Assembly (NCBI GenBank): GCA_964626665.1
Contig: CAZVGK010000006.1
Coordinates: forward strand, 32,001 to 96,000
Length of the DNA stretch: 64,000 nt
From: an uncultured Gemmatimonadota bacterium
Lineage (GTDB): Bacteria > SM23-81 > DAOVCL01
Direction of reading: 5' to 3'
In this document: piece after piece, positions 38,214 to 46,270 of the stretch
How the letters are laid out: each line of letters opens with the position of its first letter
How positions within the stretch are numbered: position 1 is the stretch's first letter
The notes under the pieces: generated by a model
What the model saw: the letters and a program-made list of their open reading frames with translations, nothing else
Told to the model about the DNA's origin: nothing
The model's database searches: none
Program-made: the position numbers and the translations under genes

Positions 38214-38360
38214 GTGAGTGAAATTGCCTTTCATTCTGTGATAGCCTGAAGAGAAAACTTGATTTCCCTGGATGGATAGAGAAAGCGAAGCGATCATAAG
38301 CATTTGCACAAAGCCTATTAGAGTTATATCACTGAGGCGGTACTAAGGAAGCCAGATCTT
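38214..38360 (+). ncRNA. Candidate structured leader/ncRNA, copy 1
   Basis: Blocks TTGCCTTYCATTCTGTGATAGCCTGA, CTTGATTTCC.TGGATGG and TATCACTGAGGYGGYACTAAGGAA shared with copy 2; GTGATA/TATCAC can pair. Confidence 0.35.
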
Positions 38361-38541
38361 ATGAGGGACGGAAACAGTCTTTTTAATTTTATGGATTCCC
38401 CCTCTTTACCCTTTGGCTGTAAACTCCGTTTGGTTGGGGCATCCCTGCAGAGATGTTCCCCTACGGGGTCTCAACTTAAAAAGCAAGACCTGACCTCATT
38501 AACTGGACATTTACCTTTGATTCTTAAGAAAGGAGGAAACA

Positions 38542-39243
38542 GTAGCTAAGAAACGAAACAAAAAAATTTGGCTTGGGATTGTAGGAGGTCTTTTTGGCCT
38601 TCCGATTTTCCTATTTGTTATACTGGTTATAGTGGCTATTTTCGGTGGATTGGATGAATCTACCCGACCTGCCAGTAAAGTTGTGGAGGCTCAAAAGAAT
38701 GCTCCGAAAAAAGTTGTAAAGACTCAGCCGGATACCATTTTTGTAGATCCACCCCAAAAACTCTATGTTATACCTGCTAAATTGAATATGCGGGTTGGCC
38801 CCGGCACGAATCATAAAGTGACCAAGACCATATCGGGTGGGCCTGAGTTTTATGTGAAGGGTATAGCAGTTTATGGAGATTGGGCTAAGCTCAAACGGAC
38901 TTGGTGGCATCTGGGTGGTTGGGTTTGTCGGAAATATCTCGGCTCTAAGGAAGTGGCCGCAGCTGCAGAGCAGAAGAGAAATGCTGCAGAGCAAAGACAC
39001 AGACAGACCCAGGATGAATGGCTTTCGGCCGGTATGAGAATATACCCTGGTGTTAAAATCTATTATGGAGATGGGCCTCAGAAGCGATATGTGGGTACAG
39101 TAATCGAAACCGGCCAAATTGACGGCAAGCGGGCGGTGCTTTTAGAGCCAGGAGGATGGAAATATCGAAATAGTTTGATTCAGTGGGGTTGGGTTCTAAG
39201 AAGCCAGTATGAAGAAGCGAAACGCAGATATCTCGGAGAATAG
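38542..39243 (+). CDS. Membrane-anchored SH3b domain protein with variable C-terminus
   Basis: LNMRVGPGTNHKV...DWAKL...GWVCRKYL. Frame is open upstream to GTA at 38542 behind AAAGGAGG and encodes a basic N-terminus plus TM helix. Confidence 0.75.
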   Translation, partial: VAKKRNKKIWLGIVGGLFGLPIFLFVILVIVAIFGGLDESTRPASKVVEAQKNAPKKVVKTQPDTIFVDPPQKLYVIPAKLNMRVGPGTNHKVTKTISGGPEFYVKGIAVYGDWAKLKRTWWHLGGWVCRKYLGSKEVAAAAEQKRNAAEQRHRQTQDEWLSAGMRIYPGVKIYYGDGPQKRYVGTVIETGQIDGKRAVLLEPGGWKYRNSLIQWGWVLRSQYEEAKRRYLGE

Positions 39244-39287
39244 TTGAGCAAAGACTGTCTCTCTGGGGGTTGAATAAAAGGGAGGAA

Positions 39288-39386
39288 GGGAATCGTATCT
39301 TTACTCTTGACTTTCCGATATCTTAAGCTATAATAATCATCAAGCAGCCTTTCTCATTCAAAAATCAAGAATAAAGATGTGACCCC
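39288..39386. repeat. About 100-bp element with GGG(G)-capped terminal inverted repeats, containing a promoter
   Basis: GGGAATCGTATCTTTACTCTTGA ... TCAAGAATAAAGATGTGACCCC; internal TTGACT-16-TATAAT. Confidence 0.65.
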
Positions 39387-39419
39387 TTTTACCCTTCTTT
39401 TAAGGAGATTTAGCTTTCT

Positions 39420-40265
39420 ATGAACAAAACAATCATAAGAAGATATTTCTCTGTGGATACCTATGAAGCCATAAGAAATGACTTCCGATTCCTGATTAAG
39501 AAAATCAAACAGTCAGGATTTGAATATGACTTACAGATAAGGAATAACTATTTTAATCTTTACTACAAAGGCAACAGTTTGGGAAAGATCTCATACAATA
39601 AAAAGCTAAAACAATATAGAATTGGAATTCATACTAAATTCATCAATGACAAAATAAAGAAAAGGAAGGGATTTAAGCCAGAACGATCCGGGAATTATTT
39701 GATATTTAAACTATCACCGAGTCAGCTTCATCCTCTTTTTAGCTCACGAAACCTTGCTTCCATGAGCCAAAAGGTTAAAGAAGTGAATTTTAAAGAGGAA
39801 ATTTCATTTGAACAAATGTTGATGACAGACAACCTGAACAGAGAAGATTTAATCATCATAGATAGGCAAATTGTAGACACTACAGATAGGTCCAAAATGG
39901 ATTTATTGGCCTTGAGACAGAAGAAAAATCATGATTATAGCTTCTGCATCATTGAAGTTAAACTTGGAAACAACTCGGAACTAAAGGGATATGTTATTGG
40001 ACAGTTGGATAGCTATATCCAAAAGATTTCAAGGAGTTTTGAGCAGTATAAGAAGTGTTATGAGTTGAACCTCAGACAAAAGCAAGGATTGGGGTTGATT
40101 GACCGAAATCTTGAAATCAATATAGTTCCTGGTGTTATAGGAATAGTTGTGGTAGGTGGTTATTCAGGGATAGCTGAAAAGAGTATCAGGGAGCTTAAAT
40201 CCAAATCTCCCAGTATAAAGATCATTCATCTAAAAAATGTGATTGATTTCTCGAAAATTGTTTAG
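39420..40265 (+). CDS. Hypothetical protein with PD-(D/E)xK nuclease-like motif
   Basis: KMDLLAL...IIEVKLG...QLDSY; AT-rich; AAGGAG RBS. Confidence 0.7.
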   Translation: MNKTIIRRYFSVDTYEAIRNDFRFLIKKIKQSGFEYDLQIRNNYFNLYYKGNSLGKISYNKKLKQYRIGIHTKFINDKIKKRKGFKPERSGNYLIFKLSPSQLHPLFSSRNLASMSQKVKEVNFKEEISFEQMLMTDNLNREDLIIIDRQIVDTTDRSKMDLLALRQKKNHDYSFCIIEVKLGNNSELKGYVIGQLDSYIQKISRSFEQYKKCYELNLRQKQGLGLIDRNLEINIVPGVIGIVVVGGYSGIAEKSIRELKSKSPSIKIIHLKNVIDFSKIV

Positions 40266-40464
40266 GATTGATCTGTGAGACTGACTATTGACGGAATAAA
40301 ACAAGCTGGCAGAACTTCTGTTCTGCCAGCTTTTCTTTTGCCCCCAGAAGAGGGAATCTGAGGGGTCAGTAGAACAAGTCTTAAATTGACTTTTCCCCCT
40401 AATAGTTGAGGACTTCAAGAGTTCCTCTATTTTCTCCATTCGGATAGCAAGCCTCAAAAATTCC

Positions 40465-40492
40465 TAAAGTTTTCGCTAAAAAATGCCGAAAA
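40465..40492 (+). promoter_or_regulatory. sigma28-type promoter, copy 2 (slightly degenerate)
   Basis: TAAA-N16-GCCGAAAA within a duplicate of the 38170 block. Confidence 0.55.
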
Positions 40493-40499
40493 GATATTT

Positions 40500-40615
40500 A
40501 GTGAAGTAAGGTTGCCTTCCATTCTGTGATAGCCTGATGGGAAAGCTTGATTTCCGTGGATGGGGGAGCTAACAGCGGGAAGGAAAGGTTATCACTGAGG
40601 TGGCACTAAGGAAAT
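40500..40615 (+). ncRNA. Candidate structured leader/ncRNA, copy 2
   Basis: GTGATAGCCT/AGGTTATCAC 10-bp helix and TGCC/GGCA closing pairs; same blocks as copy 1. Confidence 0.35.
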
Positions 40616-40637
40616 GCGATTTGATCTGTGGGAGGGC

Positions 40638-40665
40638 AGTTTTTTATAATTTTATGGACGTCCCC
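40638..40665. repeat. 28-bp inverted repeat, left of the 40704..41599 cargo
   Basis: AGTTTTTTATAATTTTATGGACGTCCCC; reverse complement with 1 mismatch at 41669..41696. Confidence 0.85.
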
Positions 40666-40703
40666 TTTCCTTGAAAATTAAATAAGAAAGGAGATGAAAT
40701 AAA

Positions 40704-40967
40704 GTGAAATATGCAGATTTAGTTGGATTTGTTGATGAGGTCATTATAGGTTTTACGGATTCGATTACAGATCAAGTTTTCTTGATGATTGAACGTGATA
40801 AGGAGGTAAGGAGAAAATATGATAAATTGGTCGAAAAATATGGAGGGGGAGCTATGAATCGTCAAATTGGGAAGATTGTGAAACTGCATCTGAATCTTAA
40901 GAATACTCATCGGACCTGGAAACCTCAGAGTAATTTGATTGATAGTTATACCAATCACGTGGTTTAA
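40704..40967 (+). CDS. Hypothetical protein (87 aa)
   Basis: AAGGAG RBS, GTG start, plausible protein (SITDQVFLMIE...MNRQIGKIVK). Confidence 0.7.
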   Translation: MKYADLVGFVDEVIIGFTDSITDQVFLMIERDKEVRRKYDKLVEKYGGGAMNRQIGKIVKLHLNLKNTHRTWKPQSNLIDSYTNHVV

Positions 40968-41005
40968 GTTTTGTATAATTGATAAAAAAAGGAGGTGAGG
41001 TTTTA

Positions 41006-41599
41006 ATGAAAAGGTTAATCTTTTTTTTAATTCCATTATTGCTTCTTTCAATTACTTCAGCTATTGCTAGTAATGTCTGGATTCTAATTGTCCCAAAACT
41101 GAATGTTCGTGATGGTCCTTCAACTACTTATCCGGTTATTGGATCAATTGGCTACCTTGATGGTATCACAATCCTTGATGAAGAATCCGATCGGGATTGG
41201 GCAAGAATTAGCTATTCAAAAGATGATGCTGAAATCTCTGGTTGGGTTTGTACAAAATACTTACAGAAAATGTCAGAAGCAAAATACGAAGCACTCTGGC
41301 TTTTTACATTAGCGATGGAAACAATTCATAAGAAATCGGAAGATGAAGCAATAAGACTATGGAATCGAGATGTAGATGATTTGTCTTCTGATGAAGAATG
41401 GCTAAATTTTGCTCAACAATACGCAGAGGCTATAGATCAATATTCACGGAGTGAAAAACAAGCTTACGAATGGACACATTCTAATCTTGATCCGAAAACT
41501 AACAAAGAATATTTTCATCTCCTCGGACAAAGATATATGGCGGTTATGTTGCTCCTGCGTATTGAAAGTGACCGGAAAAAGTTGAAAGGAGAACAATAG
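41006..41599 (+). CDS. Secreted SH3b domain protein with helical C-terminus
   Basis: Signal peptide MKRLIFF...AIA; LNVRDGPSTTYPV...DWARI...GWVCTKYL; GGAGGTGAGG RBS. Confidence 0.82.
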   Translation: MKRLIFFLIPLLLLSITSAIASNVWILIVPKLNVRDGPSTTYPVIGSIGYLDGITILDEESDRDWARISYSKDDAEISGWVCTKYLQKMSEAKYEALWLFTLAMETIHKKSEDEAIRLWNRDVDDLSSDEEWLNFAQQYAEAIDQYSRSEKQAYEWTHSNLDPKTNKEYFHLLGQRYMAVMLLLRIESDRKKLKGEQ

Positions 41600-41668
41600 G
41601 ATTAAGGCAATCCGAGAATAGATAGGATAAAAGGCAGAACTTTATGTTCTGGTCTTTTTTTATCGGGT

Positions 41669-41696
41669 GGGGACGTCCATAAAATCATAAAAAACT
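41669..41696. repeat. 28-bp inverted repeat, right of the cargo
   Basis: GGGGACGTCCATAAAATCATAAAAAACT; related copies at 37868 and (reverse) about 38376..38402. Confidence 0.85.
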
Positions 41697-42108
41697 ATTT
41701 TCGCACAGTTCAAACCTCTTTTCTTTGCTTATCTTCTTCCTCCATTCACTGTGATGCTTATGGCGGGTTGGTTTGAAATATGGGGAGACTTCCCTCAGGT
41801 GGCAGAACTTCAGTTCTGCCACCTTTTTTGCCTCTCAATGTCAGCCCTGATAGCCTGATCTATTTAAAATTCCTAATCGTTGCTGCAAGGTTCGGGTCGC
41901 ATAAATGCGACCCCTACATACTCTACCGGTCAGGTCAAGGTTGCTTCTACCCGACTTTAGTCGAGGGTTAAAAAGCCAAGATGGCATCCCGATAAATCGG
42001 GATGCCACGGTCAGATGAGGGCATCTGGCCGCTCGATTGTAGGTCGATCGAAGCATCTGAATGTAATCTTGTGAATAATGCGGGCTAGCACAATGATAGA
42101 AATAGTTG

Positions 42109-42137
42109 TTGACTACCCCCTTTTGATTTGGTATTTT
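42109..42137 (+). promoter_or_regulatory. sigma70-type promoter, probably giving a leaderless transcript
   Basis: TTGACT-17-TATTTT; ATG 8 nt downstream, no RBS. Confidence 0.6.
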
Positions 42138-42145
42138 CCCTGCAG

Positions 42146-43894
42146 ATGAAATGGCTAAACCATAACATTTGGAGGGGGTTTTCTTTATCCCTTCTGGTTC
42201 TCCTTCTCTCCGGCTTGGCCCGAGGGGAAGATTTTATGGCTCCCGACGAGCTTAAGCCAGGAATGAAGGGGGTGGGGAAGACCGTGTTCCAGGGGATGAA
42301 GGTGGAGGAATTTGGGGTGGAGATCCTGGGGGTCTTGAAGAAATGGCGGCCCAATGGGGACCTTATCTTAGCTAAGCTTAGCGGCGGTCCCTTAGAGGGG
42401 ACGGGGGTTATTGCCGGAATGAGCGGCAGTCCAGTCTATATTCAGGGAAAGCTCATCGGGGCCATTGCCTATGCCTGGCCCTTCTCCACCCAACCCATAG
42501 CGGGCATTACCCCGATAAGGGAGATGTTGAGACCATCCCTGGGAGGAGGGGGTGAGGCCTTCCCTCAGAAGTCGCGGGGGCCCTCTAATTTTTCCCCTCT
42601 GGCCACGCCTGTAATGCTTTCCGGATTCCCCCCCCAGGTCTTGGAGGAGATGATCCCCTTTCTCAAGGGCCTTAGTTGTTTTCCTCTGCAGGCAGAGGGC
42701 CAGGGGATGGAGGGTGGGGATGTTAAACCTCAACCCGGATCGGCCATTGGGGTGCAACTGGTGCGGGGGGATGCTGAGGCTATTGCCGTGGGTACTCTCA
42801 CCTATATGGATGGCGATCGGATCTATGCCTTTGGCCACTCCTTCCTAAACGCCGGAGGGGTTGATTTTCCCTTTACGGGTATCTATGTCCATTCCATACT
42901 CCCCAGCCAGGTGGTTTCCTTCCGCTTTACCTCCTCAGCTGCCCTTTGGGGCAAGATAAACCTGGATACCGAGACAGGCATCTCCGGGCAGATTAAGGGG
43001 AAGGCTAAGCTTATCCCCTTGAAGATCAGTCTTACTTTACCAGATGCTACCAGGGATTACCATTTTGAGATCGTGGATCATAAGTTCCTTTCCTCCCAGT
43101 TCTTTCGCTGGGCATCCCTCAATGCCCTCCTCTCCTCTTTGGGAAGTAGAGAGGCTACCCTCAGGGTATTCTCCCAGATCTCCCTTAAAGGCTATCCCCC
43201 ACTGGAAAGGGAGGACCTCTTCACTGGCTCGGCCCCCTCCTTTCCCTTGGCCGCGAAACTGGCTGATCTGATTAAGCGGCTTCAGGAAAATAAGTTTAAG
43301 AAGGCCCAAATAAAAGGGGTATCCCTCAGGATTAAGTTGGGGGAGGGGAGGAGGTCGGCGATTCTCCAGGGTCTATGGCTTGACCGTAATGTAGTCAGGC
43401 CTGGGGATAAAGTAGTGGTCACCCTCTTTTTTCAACCCTATTCAGGTTTTTCTTTTGCCAAAAAAGTAGAGATCCCCATTCCTACTACTGCTCCGGAGGG
43501 ACAACTTTGGGTTAAAGCCGGGGCAGTCCAATGTGTGCACAATTGGGAGAAGGAGAGGAACCCTTATTACAACCTTCCCCGTAACTTTCCTCAGCTCTTA
43601 GAGACTATGCGTCAGGAAAAGGGGAACGATATTGTTAAAGTAGAGCTGGTGAGTTCAGTTTCAGGCTACTCAGTAGAGGGGAGGGAGCTTCCCTCTCTTC
43701 CCCCCTCGGCCCTGGAGGTAATGAGTTCTACTCCAGGCAAGGGAGGGAGAGGCTTAGTAAAGAGGGGGAGGATCTTTGAGAGTTGGTTGCAGCTTGACTA
43801 TGTGGTCTCCGGTTGTCAGACGGTCCCCCTTGAGGTGAAGCCAAAGGTCCCCGGGAGTGAGGGGACAGAGACTGGAGTTAGAATTAAGAATTAA
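42146..43894 (+). CDS. SpoIVB peptidase S55 domain protein (secreted)
   Basis: Signal peptide; GMKGVGKTVF, GVIAGMSGSPVY, AFGHSF; start at ATG 42146. Confidence 0.88.
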   Translation: MKWLNHNIWRGFSLSLLVLLLSGLARGEDFMAPDELKPGMKGVGKTVFQGMKVEEFGVEILGVLKKWRPNGDLILAKLSGGPLEGTGVIAGMSGSPVYIQGKLIGAIAYAWPFSTQPIAGITPIREMLRPSLGGGGEAFPQKSRGPSNFSPLATPVMLSGFPPQVLEEMIPFLKGLSCFPLQAEGQGMEGGDVKPQPGSAIGVQLVRGDAEAIAVGTLTYMDGDRIYAFGHSFLNAGGVDFPFTGIYVHSILPSQVVSFRFTSSAALWGKINLDTETGISGQIKGKAKLIPLKISLTLPDATRDYHFEIVDHKFLSSQFFRWASLNALLSSLGSREATLRVFSQISLKGYPPLEREDLFTGSAPSFPLAAKLADLIKRLQENKFKKAQIKGVSLRIKLGEGRRSAILQGLWLDRNVVRPGDKVVVTLFFQPYSGFSFAKKVEIPIPTTAPEGQLWVKAGAVQCVHNWEKERNPYYNLPRNFPQLLETMRQEKGNDIVKVELVSSVSGYSVEGRELPSLPPSALEVMSSTPGKGGRGLVKRGRIFESWLQLDYVVSGCQTVPLEVKPKVPGSEGTETGVRIKN

Positions 43895-44212
43895 GAATAA
43901 GGATTGAAAATAGAAATTGGAAAATGGAAATTGAGAGACCACTGATAACCACGGAATCGCACAGAGCTACCGGATAACTTCAAGGATTTAAGGTCAAGCA
44001 AACCTCCAGAATAAATCTTTTCCCAGTTCATTCCGTGGTGATCAATGGTGAAGATCCTTTGGCTAAGGATGGGTAGAAAAGTATGTATGAGGCACATTTA
44101 TGCGCCCCGAACCTTACCACAAGGGACAAAGGCATTTACCTGATCTGACTGTGTCAGAATTCAAAATATTCCGTGAGCTGATCGAGGTGAAAAAAAATTT
44201 TAGGAGTAGCAG

Positions 44213-46270
44213 ATGAAAAGGACCTCCTTTTTCTTAATAATTTTCCCCCTTATTTTCCTTTGGCTAAATTATTCCCTTTCTACCACTACCTCTTTCTGGA
44301 GGGTGGAGCTTAAGGAGGATTTTGAGAAGGGAGAACCAGAGGGTATTTCCATATCCAGCCAAGGAGAGTTGATGATCTCCCCTAAGATTGAACTCCTGGC
44401 TGACACCGGGGAACCCTATGTCTGGGCTCTGGCCAAAGATGCCCAGGGAAACCTGTATGCAGGAACGGGAGATGGAGGGAAGATATTCAAGATTGACCGG
44501 AAGGGTAAACTCTCCCTTTTCTTTGACTCCCCCGAACTGGAGATCTTGAGCCTGATTACGGACTCAAGGGGAAACTTATATGCGGGAACCTCCCCAGATG
44601 GCCTTGTCTATAGTCTTAATCCTCAGGGCGAGGCTTCCACCTTCTTTAAAACCCAGGAGAGCTATGTCTGGTCTCTGGCGATTGATCCCTCAGGCAATCT
44701 TTATGCGGGAACAGGTGCCCAGGGGAGGATCTATCGGATTGACTCTAAGGGGAGGGGAAATCTTTTCTATTCAACCGGGGAGAAGCATATTATGTGCCTT
44801 CTCTGGACCAAAGGGGGGCTTTTAGCCGGAAGTCAGGGAGAAGGGTTGGCCTACAGGATTTCTCCTCAGGGGAAGGGTTTTGTCCTCTATGATCCTCCGC
44901 AAAAAGAGGTGAGGTCCCTGATTCAGGATGGGAAGGGGAATGTCTACTTAGGGACCATAGAGGCTGTAGGGCTGGAAGGGGAGGGAAAGAAGGGGGAGCA
45001 AGGAGGGAAGGGGGCAGTCTATAGGGTTTCCCCGAATGGTCCAGTTAGTAGGCTCTGTGAGCTTTCCTCAAAGCCCATCTATTCCCTCCTTTTGCGAGAT
45101 GAGGCTGTCCTTCTCTTAGGGTCGGAGGGGGAGCTCCTCTCCTTGGACTCCTGGGGAAGGGTAGGTGATTTAGCCCAATTGGAGGGTCTGCGCATCCTTT
45201 GCCTTTTGCGGGGTAATGGGGGGGAGGCCTTTTTGGGGACTGCAGATGGAGGCAAGGTCTATAAGATCTCCCCGGGTTTTGGCCGCCAGGGGAGATATGA
45301 ATCCCAGGTATTCGATGCCCAAACCATCTCCCGCTGGGGGAGGATAGATTGGAGGGGTGCGGTTCCCCATTGGACTGAGCTTACAATCAAGACCAGGACT
45401 GGCAACACCCAGAGGCCAGATTCTACCTGGAGCGATTGGTCCCCCCCGTATAAGCAGGGGGAAAGGATAAAAAGCCCTGCGGCCAGGTTTCTGCAATTTC
45501 GGGTTGTCCTCTCCACCAGGGATGGCCAGATTTCCCCCTCTCTTAGCCAGTTAACCATATCCTATCTCCCCCGGAATCTGAGGCCGCAGGTTACCTTCCT
45601 TAAGGTCTATCCTCCAGCCAAGGGCTTGGAGCTCCTTCCCTCGCCCCTGATGGGCCAAGCACCATCTTCAAGCTTTGCGGGAGAGGGCTCTCCCTTAGGG
45701 GGGAAGGGGAGGTGGATCCCCCAGGGGTTGCGGGTGACTAAATGGGAGGTAGAAGACCCCAATGATGATCAACTCAGTTACTCTCTCTATTATCGCGGAT
45801 GGGAGGAGGAAGGTTGGAAGCCCCTGAAGCGAGGGTTAAAAGATAAGGTATTTTCCTGGGATTCCCGTTCCCTCCCAGATGGAACATATTTGCTTAAGCT
45901 TGTGGCCACCGATTCTTCCTCCAATCCCCCCGGGATGGCGCTTGCAGGGGAGAGAGGGAGCCGTCCCTTCTTGGTGGATAATACTCCACCAGAGGTAGAG
46001 ATTGGCTCGGTTACGTCTATGGGGAAAAGGAAATATAGGATTGCAGGAAGGATAAGGGATAAGACCAGTTTGGTAAAGGAGCTCTCCTATTCCTTAGATG
46101 GAGGTAGTTGGATGGGTTTATCCCCTCTTGATGGGATATTAGACAGCCCTCAGGAGGATTTCTCCTTTTCCTTGGGCCCTTTGAATAAGGGGGAACATAC
46201 AATAGTGGTAAGGGCCAGGGACTTCTCCCTAAACATAGGAACGGTCAAAAGGGTGATTAAGGTCAGATAG
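44213..46270 (+). CDS. Secreted beta-propeller protein with C-terminal Ig/FN3-like domains
   Basis: Repeated D.xGNLYAGTG.xG.IY blades; RTGNT..PD.TWSDWS; VDNTPP. Confidence 0.8.
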   Translation: MKRTSFFLIIFPLIFLWLNYSLSTTTSFWRVELKEDFEKGEPEGISISSQGELMISPKIELLADTGEPYVWALAKDAQGNLYAGTGDGGKIFKIDRKGKLSLFFDSPELEILSLITDSRGNLYAGTSPDGLVYSLNPQGEASTFFKTQESYVWSLAIDPSGNLYAGTGAQGRIYRIDSKGRGNLFYSTGEKHIMCLLWTKGGLLAGSQGEGLAYRISPQGKGFVLYDPPQKEVRSLIQDGKGNVYLGTIEAVGLEGEGKKGEQGGKGAVYRVSPNGPVSRLCELSSKPIYSLLLRDEAVLLLGSEGELLSLDSWGRVGDLAQLEGLRILCLLRGNGGEAFLGTADGGKVYKISPGFGRQGRYESQVFDAQTISRWGRIDWRGAVPHWTELTIKTRTGNTQRPDSTWSDWSPPYKQGERIKSPAARFLQFRVVLSTRDGQISPSLSQLTISYLPRNLRPQVTFLKVYPPAKGLELLPSPLMGQAPSSSFAGEGSPLGGKGRWIPQGLRVTKWEVEDPNDDQLSYSLYYRGWEEEGWKPLKRGLKDKVFSWDSRSLPDGTYLLKLVATDSSSNPPGMALAGERGSRPFLVDNTPPEVEIGSVTSMGKRKYRIAGRIRDKTSLVKELSYSLDGGSWMGLSPLDGILDSPQEDFSFSLGPLNKGEHTIVVRARDFSLNIGTVKRVIKVR

